Below are positions 45,000-53,500 of a stretch of 64,000 bases of DNA, piece after piece. The DNA lies in contig JACPGX010000001.1 of the NCBI GenBank assembly GCA_016188865.1, positions 141,197 to 205,196 of the forward strand, read 5' to 3'. The notes beneath the pieces are model-generated. The model worked only from the letters and a program-made list of their open reading frames with translations, had not been told where the DNA came from and ran no database searches. The DNA is from Candidatus Nealsonbacteria bacterium. GTDB lineage: Bacteria > Patescibacteriota > Minisyncoccia > Minisyncoccales > MHMH01. Made by a program: the position numbers and the translations under genes. Each line of letters opens with the position of its first letter. Position 1 is the first letter of the stretch.

Positions 45000-45836
45000 T
45001 TAAAATGTTTTTCTCACGCCGTATTTTTCGGGGTCGTCAATGTTCTGCTGCTTCATCAATTCGGCATTAATAGACTCGGCGGCTTTGTGAAGCTTGAGGT
45101 CAACGCCTTTTACGTCTGCCAGCTGAATAAAAGCCTTAATGTCTTTCGGCAGGCATTTCCCCCCATATCCCCTGTAGCCTTTGTGAAAAACATTAAGATG
45201 AGTTCGGCCGATTCTTTTATCGGCAGCTGCAGCCTCCACCATTCTATCGTAGTCTGCTCCCAAGGCCTGGCAAACATCATACATCTGATTGGCGAAGCTA
45301 ACCTTAATTGAAAACCAGGTATTGCCAAAATACTTTACCAATTCCGCTTCGGTGGCGGGTACGATTCTTTCGAAAGGAGCTAAGGGTAATAATTGCATTA
45401 AATCGCCGGCCACATCGTGGCTTTTTTCTGTATAACCCACAATCTGACGGTCGGGATACATCATATCCTGATCAGCGGTTTCTTCGGTTAAAAATTCGGG
45501 ATTCATTAAAAGCTTATGCTGGTGATATTTTTTCTGGAGCATTTCAGTGGTACCCGGCAAAACTGTTGATTTAATAACAACTACTTTCTCGCCCGAAAGC
45601 CAAGAAAGAGTTTCTTCAACATAAGACAAATCAAAACCGGTGCCATCTTTTAAGTAGGGAGTTGGCACGCAAATAAAAACGACTTCGGCTTTATTCACTT
45701 CTTCCGGCGAACCCAAATTCTGTCCCTTATCATACACAAAAAGCCCAAGGCCCTCCTTTTTCTCGCAGTATCTCTTCATCGCTCCTCCCACCATCCCAAC
45801 TCCTACAACGCCTACTTTGGTAAATCTTTTATACAT
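45000..45836 (-). CDS. Short UDP-glucose/GDP-mannose dehydrogenase-family protein (lacks the usual C-terminal nucleotide-sugar-binding domain)
   Basis: VGVVGVGMVGGAM Rossmann motif and the catalytic-Cys motif GGKCLPKD. It is only 278 aa, whereas this family is usually about 390-450 aa. Confidence 0.65.
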   Translation of the reverse strand: MYKRFTKVGVVGVGMVGGAMKRYCEKKEGLGLFVYDKGQNLGSPEEVNKAEVVFICVPTPYLKDGTGFDLSYVEETLSWLSGEKVVVIKSTVLPGTTEMLQKKYHQHKLLMNPEFLTEETADQDMMYPDRQIVGYTEKSHDVAGDLMQLLPLAPFERIVPATEAELVKYFGNTWFSIKVSFANQMYDVCQALGADYDRMVEAAAADKRIGRTHLNVFHKGYRGYGGKCLPKDIKAFIQLADVKGVDLKLHKAAESINAELMKQQNIDDPEKYGVRKTF

Positions 45837-45847
45837 ACCTATAATTT

Positions 45848-45876
45848 ATTATTAGGCAACCCAAAAAATAAGTCAA
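45848..45876 (-). promoter_or_regulatory. Promoter candidate, TTGACT-17-AATAAT
   Basis: It lies directly after the terminator at 45884-45917 and upstream of the dehydrogenase-family gene. Confidence 0.4.
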
Positions 45877-45883
45877 CCCCAAT

Positions 45884-45917
45884 AAAAAAGCCCGAGGCGT
45901 TAGCCTAGGGCTTTTTT
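45884..45917 (-). terminator. Rho-independent terminator with bidirectional shape (A6 and T6 flanks)
   Basis: AAAAAAGCCC-T-AGGC-TAAC-GCCT-C-GGGCTTTTTT. It includes the stop codon of the YdcF-like gene. Confidence 0.6.
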
Positions 45918-46526
45918 GATTAGTTGTTCTTGCTCTTCTTTGGGCAAGGACATAAGTTTTTGAAAAACAGGATAAAGCCTGCTGGGAGACTCGACTACAA
46001 CTGGCCATTTGCCTTTTTCTCCGTAAAGGATTTGGCTGGGCCATACCGAGAAATTGCCGAAATAAGATCTAAAATCTGTGATTTCAGAAAAAATATTCAT
46101 GGCATCTCTCATGCATCGCGAGGCGTGATCGGGACTGGAAACGGAAACAATCATTTCCATCCCGGCATCTTTGAAAATCCTAGTGGAGTATAGTATTTCC
46201 TCAAAAGTATTTTTTGACCTAGTTTCCAAACGGGAAATCTCGGCGATTCTCTTTCGGAGTTTCTCTAAATCAATACCCAAAAAATCAGGCAATACCGCCA
46301 ATTCATCAACATATTCCAACAAATAATCTCTCATGATTTCGGCCTCGACTTTGCCGTCTTTGATGCTGGCTCCAGTGCCAAAAACTATTAACTCCGGTTT
46401 TATCAAAGAAACTACTCTTGCTCCCTGCGGCAGCCTTCCAATTAGCTCTGGGCTTTTCCGCCAGACTACCTCTTGCCAATTTGGCGAATTGACATTATAG
46501 CCATGAATCAAAACTCCCGTCTTCAA
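45900..46526 (-). CDS. DUF218/YdcF-like protein
   Basis: The VSVSSPDHASRC region resembles YdcF/ElyC-family proteins. TTG start at 46526 is preceded by AAAGGAGGTAAAAA (SD 7 nt upstream). Confidence 0.45.
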   Translation of the reverse strand: MKTGVLIHGYNVNSPNWQEVVWRKSPELIGRLPQGARVVSLIKPELIVFGTGASIKDGKVEAEIMRDYLLEYVDELAVLPDFLGIDLEKLRKRIAEISRLETRSKNTFEEILYSTRIFKDAGMEMIVSVSSPDHASRCMRDAMNIFSEITDFRSYFGNFSVWPSQILYGEKGKWPVVVESPSRLYPVFQKLMSLPKEEQEQLIKKALG

Positions 46527-46570
46527 TTTTTACCTCCTTTGCTATATACTAGAACTGCATATCAAATTTT

Positions 46571-47713
46571 ATGGAAACTGTCAATACCGCAAAACGCAAA
46601 ATACTCTTTCTGGTCACCCAATCTGAAATGGGCGGCGCGCAGAGGTATATTTATGAAGTATCAAAAATACTGTCAGAAAGACACGAGATTTTGGTTGCGG
46701 CCGGAGAGGGAGATGGAGAGTTCTTCCAGAAACTAAAAAATACACCGGTTGAACCGGTGTATCTGAAACATCTGCAAAGAACTCCTGAACCGCATTCAAT
46801 TATCATGGCTATCGTTGAAATAATAAAACTTCTCAAGGCAGAAAGGCCGGATGTTTTGTTTTTGTGTTCTACTACTGCTGGGCTACTCGGCTCCATTGCC
46901 GCCCGAATTTACAGAGGTCCGACCTCTCGTCAGATTTGTCGGGAGGTCGGACCTCGCGTAATCTATCGTATTGGCGGCTGGGCCTTCAACGACCCTCGCC
47001 CATTCTGGAAAAATTGGCTTATCCTGCTGGCGGAGAAATTAACCGCCCGATTTAAAGATATAATCGTAGTGAACTCCGAATATGACCTGCGGATTGCGTT
47101 AGAAAAACGAATCGTTTCTCCGGAAAAAATAGTGAAAATCTATAATGGGCTTGATCGAAATTCTTTGAATTTCTTGCCCAAAGACGAAGCCCGTGGTCTG
47201 TTGACATCCGATGTCAACAGACGAATGATTGGGTGCGTGGCGAATTTTTATAAGACTAAAGGGCTAAAGTGCCTTATTGACGCTTTCGATTTTCTGATGT
47301 CCGGCTTCCCGAAGAAGTCGGACATCAAGCTATTCGTCATCGGCGATGGGAAACTGCGGTCGGAACTTGAAGCTCAAATAAAAAAACTCGACTTAGAAGA
47401 CAGGGTGATTTTAGCCGGCAGAATGCCCGACGCCTATAAATATCTAAAGGCATTTGATGTCTTCGTGCTTCCCTCTCTTAAGGAGGGTTTTCCATGGGTC
47501 ATACTGGAAGCTGCGGTAGCTGACGTTCCGATTGTCGCCACAAAAGTAGGAGCCATACCAGAAATATTGCCGGAAGAATTTTTAGTAAAACCAGGCGATG
47601 CCCAAGCTTTGGCAAAAAAAATTGGCTGGATGCTTGAACATCCAGCCGTACCAAAACTCAAGCAGAACTTCTCTCTGCAAAAAATGGCAGAGGAAACCGA
47701 GAGGCTACTCTAA
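46571..47713 (+). CDS. Glycosyltransferase, GT4-like (only plus-strand gene) carrying in-frame palindromic elements
   Basis: SEMGGAQRYIYEV and EGFPWVILEAAVADVPIVATKVGAIPEIL. RGPTSRQICREVGPRV is encoded by the repeat at 46913-46955. Confidence 0.8.
   Translation: METVNTAKRKILFLVTQSEMGGAQRYIYEVSKILSERHEILVAAGEGDGEFFQKLKNTPVEPVYLKHLQRTPEPHSIIMAIVEIIKLLKAERPDVLFLCSTTAGLLGSIAARIYRGPTSRQICREVGPRVIYRIGGWAFNDPRPFWKNWLILLAEKLTARFKDIIVVNSEYDLRIALEKRIVSPEKIVKIYNGLDRNSLNFLPKDEARGLLTSDVNRRMIGCVANFYKTKGLKCLIDAFDFLMSGFPKKSDIKLFVIGDGKLRSELEAQIKKLDLEDRVILAGRMPDAYKYLKAFDVFVLPSLKEGFPWVILEAAVADVPIVATKVGAIPEILPEEFLVKPGDAQALAKKIGWMLEHPAVPKLKQNFSLQKMAEETERLL
46913..46955. repeat. 42/43-nt nested double-hairpin element (type A), copy 2, inside a GT4 gene
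   Basis: AGAGGTCCGACCTCT-CGTCAGATTTGTC-GGGAGGTCGGACCTC. Confidence 0.9.
47297..47325. repeat. 29-nt imperfect palindrome (type C) inside the plus-strand GT4 gene
   Basis: ATGTCCGGCTTC-CCGAA-GAAGTCGGACAT. Translated as MSGFPKKSDI. Contains GTCGGAC. Confidence 0.55.
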
Positions 47714-47717
47714 TATT

Positions 47718-49247
47718 TTACTTCCCTAAGAGAGAGTTTAATTTTGCGCGGGTGGCGGAACCAATCAGGCCGGTTCCTTTGGTAAGACCCGAGGGAGTTA
47801 GAATATCTGAAGCATACTTTTCCTGAAATTTAATCACAGCAGTTTTAGTCAGAGGACCAAACATGCCGGTATCTAATCCTTCTGATAAAAGTCCCTGACT
47901 AATCAAAATAATCTGTAAATATTTAACTGCACTGCTAGAATGACCCTGCTTAAGAGTGCCGGTAAAAGCAAAGTCAGATGGTACCCCGGCAATACCTTCT
48001 GCGGCAGTTAATTCAGTTAATTGGACCCGCAATTGCTGAACTGCGGCCAATATCTCTATAATTTTGGCCTCCAATTCTGCTTTAGTCATTTGAGAAATTG
48101 GTTTTTCCGCTGGAATGGCCGGCGTTGCGGGAGTCGCAGGAGTTGCAGGAGTTGCTGGAACTGCGGGAGTTACTGGCGTTGCCGGCGTTGCCGGTATCGC
48201 TGGCACTGCTGGAACCGCCGTAGTTGCAGACGCCGGCGCCTCGGTTTTTAAAGTAATGGTGTCGGAAACAGCAGCCGAATTTATTCCGTCAGCGCTGACA
48301 AATTTAGCATAAACTGTTTTTACTTCGTCACCCTCGGTTAATGTCCAAGTTTTGGTTGCTGCATAATTTTCCAAAGAACAATTAAGGAAATCTGAACGGT
48401 TGCAAATAGTCATCAAACTGGCGTCTCCTGCTTTTAAAGCAAGGGTAACTGCCCTGGTATTAACAACGGCAGCTCCCGCATTGATAACCAAAGAATCAGA
48501 ATAGGTGGTTGGCGCTACCCTGTTTACTCCGCCCGCTATAGCGGCTGTGGTAGCGGCTTTGATGGTGGCATAACTTGCGCTTGTCGTGGATAGGTTAGCG
48601 ACAGTGGTAGAAGCCCATAAACTGAAATAGTAAGTATGCTCCTTAGGCAAATTATTAAAAGTTATAAATGCCACAGAAGGAAGATCTCCCCATGAACCGC
48701 TTGAAGTCGCAGTGGGATAATCAGTGCCGTCATTGTATCTAATCGCGGTTTTTATAGATCCGGTGCCTGCTGTCCATATTATTTTTATACTATCTTCCGT
48801 GCTTTTTGACGATAAACTGGTTGGCGTATCTACGCCAGTCAAAAATGTCAGCTCACTGCCATACTTTAAGTCTAGGCTGACTGCGCCATCCCCACTTGCG
48901 GAAGTGGAAGAAGCGGCGTAAGCCCTAAAATAATAGACTGTGCCGGCAGACAAACTGGTGGTTGCATGGCTAAAATTTCCGTCTCCTGAAAAAGCTCCGC
49001 TTTCCGTAGAACTCCCCATGTTGTAATTTCCTGCGCTGGCACTAGCCGTACCTAAATTAAAACCCCTTATATCATATTTTTCGGTGGCTCCGGAGATATC
49101 TATTGTTCCGCTCAAAGTAACTGAAGTAAGGCCGGTTGAGGCAGCATTAGAAGTGACACTAGTGATGGCAGCCAAAGAAACCGCTGGGGAAATTAAAAAA
49201 AACCCCCCGATAAATAATAAAGAAAGTATTAAAAAACTATTCCGCAT
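47718..49247 (-). CDS. Secreted surface protein: FN3-like repeats, Pro/Ala/Thr linker, coiled coil, C-terminal peptidoglycan-binding (PG_binding_1-like) domain
   Basis: Signal/anchor MRNSFLILSLLFIGGFFLISPAVSLA, then PATPATPVTPAVPATPATPATPATPA. The C-terminus GHSSSAVKYLQIILISQG...FGPLTKTAVIKFQEKYA fits the PG-binding repeat pattern. Confidence 0.7.
   Translation of the reverse strand: MRNSFLILSLLFIGGFFLISPAVSLAAITSVTSNAASTGLTSVTLSGTIDISGATEKYDIRGFNLGTASASAGNYNMGSSTESGAFSGDGNFSHATTSLSAGTVYYFRAYAASSTSASGDGAVSLDLKYGSELTFLTGVDTPTSLSSKSTEDSIKIIWTAGTGSIKTAIRYNDGTDYPTATSSGSWGDLPSVAFITFNNLPKEHTYYFSLWASTTVANLSTTSASYATIKAATTAAIAGGVNRVAPTTYSDSLVINAGAAVVNTRAVTLALKAGDASLMTICNRSDFLNCSLENYAATKTWTLTEGDEVKTVYAKFVSADGINSAAVSDTITLKTEAPASATTAVPAVPAIPATPATPVTPAVPATPATPATPATPAIPAEKPISQMTKAELEAKIIEILAAVQQLRVQLTELTAAEGIAGVPSDFAFTGTLKQGHSSSAVKYLQIILISQGLLSEGLDTGMFGPLTKTAVIKFQEKYASDILTPSGLTKGTGLIGSATRAKLNSLLGK
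48110..48240 (-). repeat. Coding low-complexity 9-nt-periodic tract (Pro-Ala-Thr linker)
   Basis: Repeated GGNGTTGCN units on the + strand also generate the spurious antisense GVAGVAG ORF at 48115-48312. Confidence 0.8.
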
Positions 49248-49259
49248 ATTTTTATTTAT

Positions 49260-49298
49260 CCCCCCACCTTTCAGAATACCCCACCGAAAGGTGGGAGG
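49260..49298 (-). repeat. Structured 5'-leader element with two mutually exclusive hairpins
   Basis: On the + strand, CCCCCCACCTTTC (49260-72) can pair with GAAAGGTGGGAGG (49286-98). Alternatively CCCACC (49280-85) pairs with GGTGGG (49290-95) through a 4-nt loop. Confidence 0.6.
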
Positions 49299-49335
49299 AT
49301 TTAATTAATTATTTTTAATTGCAATTGCTAAGTTT

Positions 49336-49362
49336 ATTGTACCATATGGGGGGGGCAGTCAA
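49336..49362 (-). promoter_or_regulatory. Promoter candidate, TTGACT-15-TACAAT, with extended -10 (TGG) and a C8 tract in the spacer
   Basis: The minus strand reads TTGACT G CCCCCCCC ATATGG TACAAT, about 90 nt upstream of the 509-aa surface protein ATG. Confidence 0.45.
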
Positions 49363-49414
49363 AAGAAAAGTTATCCACAGGCCTTCGCTAAAGCTATGGC
49401 CCGCAATGCACCCC

Positions 49415-50452
49415 TTAAAAACGCGATTCAAGCCAATTGGCAAAAGATTCGAATGCACTGAAAAGACTGGCTTGGGCTGCGGAAATTTGCTGCTGCAAAA
49501 GCTGAATTAATTGCGCAAGCAAATTAATGATTTTTTGCTGGAGTTCTTGAATTAAAGCCCGGAGTTCTTCTGGAGAAAGAGGACCACCGGTGCCGGTGGG
49601 AGCGGGTTCTTCTTCCTTTATTTGTTGAGGTTCGACCTCCTCGGGAGGTCGAACCTCTTCGATTTCGGGCAGTGGCAGAGTTTTAACGTCCGGGAAAACC
49701 GTTAAAGCAGAAACTAAATTTTGCCCTCGGTCGTTAAAAGCTTTTATCTGCCTTCCAGAATATTCCGTATCAGGCCTTAAGCCTGTTTCGTCAAGATAAG
49801 AAATGTTTGCTCCGCCCGAAGCTACCGTATTCAGATTCTCATCTAAAATTTTAAAGCCGAACTCATTATTGGATAAATCCGTAAAATGCCACCTGATTGT
49901 TGAAGTGGATATTGCCTCGCCTGACTTTGCCAAGGGAGAAACAGGAGCAGAAGGAGTGTCGCTTCCTGCCAGAATCATTCTTTCAAGGCCAATAATTTTT
50001 TTGTCAGTGGGACCCTTAAGACTGACGTCAGGAAAAACTGCTGAATTTATTTGTATTTCCGGTTTAATTGTTTTTCCAGTATAGGTAGTAGAAGCGATGT
50101 CTACGGTAATAAAAATCCTTTGCTTTGTAAAAGTTCCATTGAGAGTTGTGTCAAAAAAAGGAGAAAATGATTTCCTCAATTTTTCAGATTCATCGCCGTC
50201 CCAACCCGGCGAAACGCCGTCTTCATAAATTGAAAGCTGGGAAATATCATATTGCTGAACAGTTCCGGTGTTATCAATTTTTATTGAAGTTAAACCGGCG
50301 CCGGGAAGAGTCAAATCTAAAATCAAGAGGTTAGTAGTGCCAGCCGGCACAGCGTAAGTTGACTGCGGGTTGACTATAAAATCATTGGCTGTTGAAGCAA
50401 AAGAAAAACCAGGCGCTAAAACAAAAACTAAAACTAAAATAATTTTCCTCAT
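49415..50452 (-). CDS. Secreted protein with FN3-like domain and C-terminal coiled coil
   Basis: Signal peptide MRKIILVLVFVLAPGFSFAS. STIRWHFTDLSNNEFGFKILDENLN...TEYSGRQIKAFNDRG is FN3-like. The C-terminus is LRALIQELQQKIINLLAQLIQLLQQQI. Confidence 0.6.
   Translation of the reverse strand: MRKIILVLVFVLAPGFSFASTANDFIVNPQSTYAVPAGTTNLLILDLTLPGAGLTSIKIDNTGTVQQYDISQLSIYEDGVSPGWDGDESEKLRKSFSPFFDTTLNGTFTKQRIFITVDIASTTYTGKTIKPEIQINSAVFPDVSLKGPTDKKIIGLERMILAGSDTPSAPVSPLAKSGEAISTSTIRWHFTDLSNNEFGFKILDENLNTVASGGANISYLDETGLRPDTEYSGRQIKAFNDRGQNLVSALTVFPDVKTLPLPEIEEVRPPEEVEPQQIKEEEPAPTGTGGPLSPEELRALIQELQQKIINLLAQLIQLLQQQISAAQASLFSAFESFANWLESRF
49584..49599. repeat. 16-nt palindrome inside the 345-aa secreted protein gene
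   Basis: CCACCGG-TG-CCGGTGG, translated as PTGTGG. It lies 27 nt from the type B element. Confidence 0.6.
49627..49657. repeat. 31-nt perfect palindromic element (type B) inside the 345-aa secreted protein gene
   Basis: GAGGTTCGACCTCC-TCG-GGAGGTCGAACCTC (14-bp arms). Translated as EVRPPEEVEP. Confidence 0.85.
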
Positions 50453-50458
50453 TATTAA

Positions 50459-50467
50459 ATTATATCA
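50459..50467 (-). promoter_or_regulatory. Extended -10 promoter TGATATAAT, 6 nt from the ATG
   Basis: The minus strand reads GTTATGATATAAT-TTAATA-ATG, immediately after the terminator of the giant gene. Confidence 0.45.
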
Positions 50468-50469
50468 TA

Positions 50470-50496
50470 ACAAAAACGCCCCGAGAAGGGGCGTCT
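50470..50496 (-). terminator. Rho-independent terminator of the giant surface protein gene
   Basis: The minus strand reads ACGCCCC-TTCTC-GGGGCGT followed by TTTTTG. Confidence 0.65.
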
Positions 50497-50518
50497 TTGC
50501 GTTTCCACAAGGATGAAA

Positions 50519-53500
50519 CTATTTGCTCAAACTAAGCGTGGCTGTCGGGAAAGTAGCAATTTTGTACTCGTTACTCCAGTCGGTGCTGACGTAATTATGA
50601 GTAGCGCCAGAGCCAGATTGGTCTGACCAGACAAAGGTCGGAGCGGTAGAAGTGACATAGTTGTGAGCGTTCGGCGAAGCCATATCGGTGGAAGTAGCAA
50701 ATGAGGCAGCTGTGAAGAAGTTAACGGTAGAAGTAGCAGTAGCTCTCTTGGCAATCTTGGTAGAAATTGAGTCGCCGGCTTTTCCGCCGTACAAAATGTC
50801 TCCCCTTAACTCATAAGTCTTGGTTGCGCCAGCAGAAACAACTTGTTCTGTTTTTGCAACAAAGGCTACTCTGGCCCCTCCTGCGTAATAGTTGTAAACA
50901 CTAACACCTGCATCCGTTTGAACGTCAGTAGTCGTGCCGAGAATCTGATCGCCAGTGGCCACGTCGTAAACCTTGAGCGTGCTGCTGGATATCAATAGTT
51001 TGGCTACAGCGTTAAAGCTTCCTGAATCGCCCGGAGTAGTGGTGGTACCCATGTAAATACCAAAGGTAGTGGTAGCTCCACCAGCGCCGATGGTATAAGT
51101 ATCAGAACCAATCTGAACGGAACCAGACACATCAAAGATCACCTTTACCCAACCGATTGCGCCCTCTGGGCCAGCAGTCACTGTCCATCTATAGAGCGTC
51201 TTTTCGCCGGCAGAAAAAGTGGTGCTCGGCAGAGAAGACGCGGCTATTGTAGGTTTGGACTTATGAATAAGCTGCCAGTTGCCGCAAAGTTTCCCTGCAT
51301 CAGTAGTGCCGGAAGGATTAATTACAACTCCAGAGCTTACTCCTTTAACAGTGCTTGTCGCATAGCAAAGCGCAGGAGTGTCTCCGGTGGTAGCGCCCGC
51401 CTGATCAGCTGATTTTACTCCATAAAGATCTGCCTTAATGGTCAAGACCTTAGTGGTGTCTTTAGGAACTACCCAGAAAGAACCAGCTGAAAAATTAAAG
51501 GTGGTTGATGAGTTAGCTAGACCGTAGTTAACCAAAACCTGGTCTGTCCCCAATTGAGTAGTGCCATCCCACAAACTAACATTGACAAAATCAGAATCTG
51601 CAGTGGTGGTTCCGGTTCCAAATTTCCTTTCTATGACAATGGATTGTACGCTGATATCTTCTCTAGCGGCAGTAAAGTTGACTTTCGTAAAGACAACATC
51701 CTGCTTGATACTGCCAGTTGGACCAACAGTTACGATAGTTGAATCCGGAGTATCGGCTGCGCTAGTTATAGCTAAAGTACCAGAACTTTGTAAGGTAATA
51801 TAGCTTAGCGAGCTCTCGGTAGAAGTGGCAAAGTTAGCTGTGCCATGCACGCCGGTGATAGTAGTAGTCGGGGTTGTATTGGAAGAAAGACCGGTAAAGG
51901 TTACATCTCTTGTCCCATTCAATCCGCTCATGCCGGAAGCCAAATCAGAAGAGCTGGCAATACCAATAGCAACGATATCGCTCGCATTGCCGGTTGAAAG
52001 AAAATCACTTTTTACGGTAATCGTCTTCTGGGCTCCTTTGGTAATGGTAATGCCTTGCGCGTTCAAGAAGTCAGAAGCTGAAAAGGTAACGGTGGTAGCT
52101 GAAGTGGAATCCCAGCCTTTTACTGAAGTTAATCTGGTGGCTCCATCGTAAAGGGCGAAATTGGAGAAGTCTGCTTGGAATTCTGTTGCTGAAGGAGTAC
52201 CGCCTCCTTGAGAACCGGTTAATTTAATTCTGGTTATTCTGACATCTTCAGCTGAACCGGCCGTAAAGACCAAACCAACTACTGGAACCGCATCGGAGCC
52301 AATAATTATATTTTGGTCGCCGGGATTAGCTGCAGCAGAAACAGTTAAGGCACCCTGTCCAAAGGTCATGGTTTTGCCATAAACCGATGTAGCTGTTTCG
52401 GTAATGGTGGCAGTTGAAGCAGATCCTTGAGTGGTTATCTTGGTGGCATTAGTCACCTGAACGCTGCCGGTGCTCAAAGCTGTATTGCTGGGAATATCGG
52501 CCACCACTTTCAGGGTTATTGTTTCTGAAGCAGGTACTGTTAAATTAAAACTGAAAGAAGCGTTGGTAGTCGGAGAAGGGACAGTAGAACCCAACTGAGT
52601 GCCATCTAGCTTCAAAAGTTTGACATTGGTGTAATCTCCTGAAGCAGCGTTGGTGGGCGAAGACGCCGCATCGCCGCTATTCAGGTTTACTTCCAAAGAC
52701 GATACAAGCATATCTTCCCCAGAATCAGCCGTTAAATTGATTCTCATCATTTCAATGCCCGATGCTCCCTTAATAATGGTTTGAGCTGCCGGGGTATTGG
52801 CTGATAAAGCTAACGTTAAGGCTCCGCTGGCTGTAACCGTATGAAGGTTGCCATTACCGGAAGTCAAAACAATGTTAGTTGTGCTTTGGGTAATATCGTA
52901 CTTTGACTCTAAACCGTCAATCCAGATATCGCTATAAGTATCAATATCTAGATCAAGCGTGTTATTGGTCGTAGCGCCGCTCGGAACGTCAGCTTTAACT
53001 TGCAAAGTCTTGTTGCTTGACTTCGCTATATCAATGATGCCCGGGTCATCCCAGCCAATGGTGTTTGAACCAAAGGTTGCATATGAACCGATCAAAGATA
53101 CTGGGCCGCCTACCTGAGTAGTTCCGTCCCAAAGGGTGATATTGGAAATATCAGTAGCTGAACCGCTTCCATTACTGAGCTTAAGCCTTAGCTTAACCAA
53201 TCTTACGCCCTCTCTTGAACCAGCGGTAAACTTAAATGCCGAAATTAATCGGTTAGAAGTTCCCTTAACATAGTTCTGGGCAGCAGGATTGTAAGCTGCG
53301 TCAACATTAACGGTTAATGAACCCTGCCCAATAGTCATGGTGTTACCGGTTGATTTCTGATAGGCTTGGGTATCATTGTGAGAAGCTTCAATTTGCCCAC
53401 CTGAATTGGCGCCATAAGCAGTCACATCATTGAATTGAGTGATTTCAAAGATGACTGTTCGGTTTGTCCAGATTCCGGGAGCAATATCAGCGTAAGCGTA

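Noticed and set aside
47711-47720. The convergent stop codons of the lone plus-strand GT4 and the 509-aa surface gene are only 4 nt apart, with no terminator between them.
   Set aside because: This is real, but it is probably just compact genome organisation. I can draw no testable functional inference beyond possible transcriptional interference.
48115-48312. The plus-strand ORF MAGVAGVAGVAG..., and a similar GVVGVVGVV ORF at 54183-54416.
   Set aside because: These are the antisense reading of the Pro/Ala/Thr and (TTP)n linker repeats of the surface proteins, so they are an artefact of 9-nt periodic coding repeats.
49371-49379. A perfect DnaA-box 9-mer TTATCCACA occurs here, and a second on the minus strand at 36637-36645, both followed by GG.
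   Set aside because: Two isolated boxes 13 kb apart, one of them inside a coding sequence, are about what chance gives in 64 kb. There is no box cluster, AT-rich unwinding element or dnaA/dnaN context.
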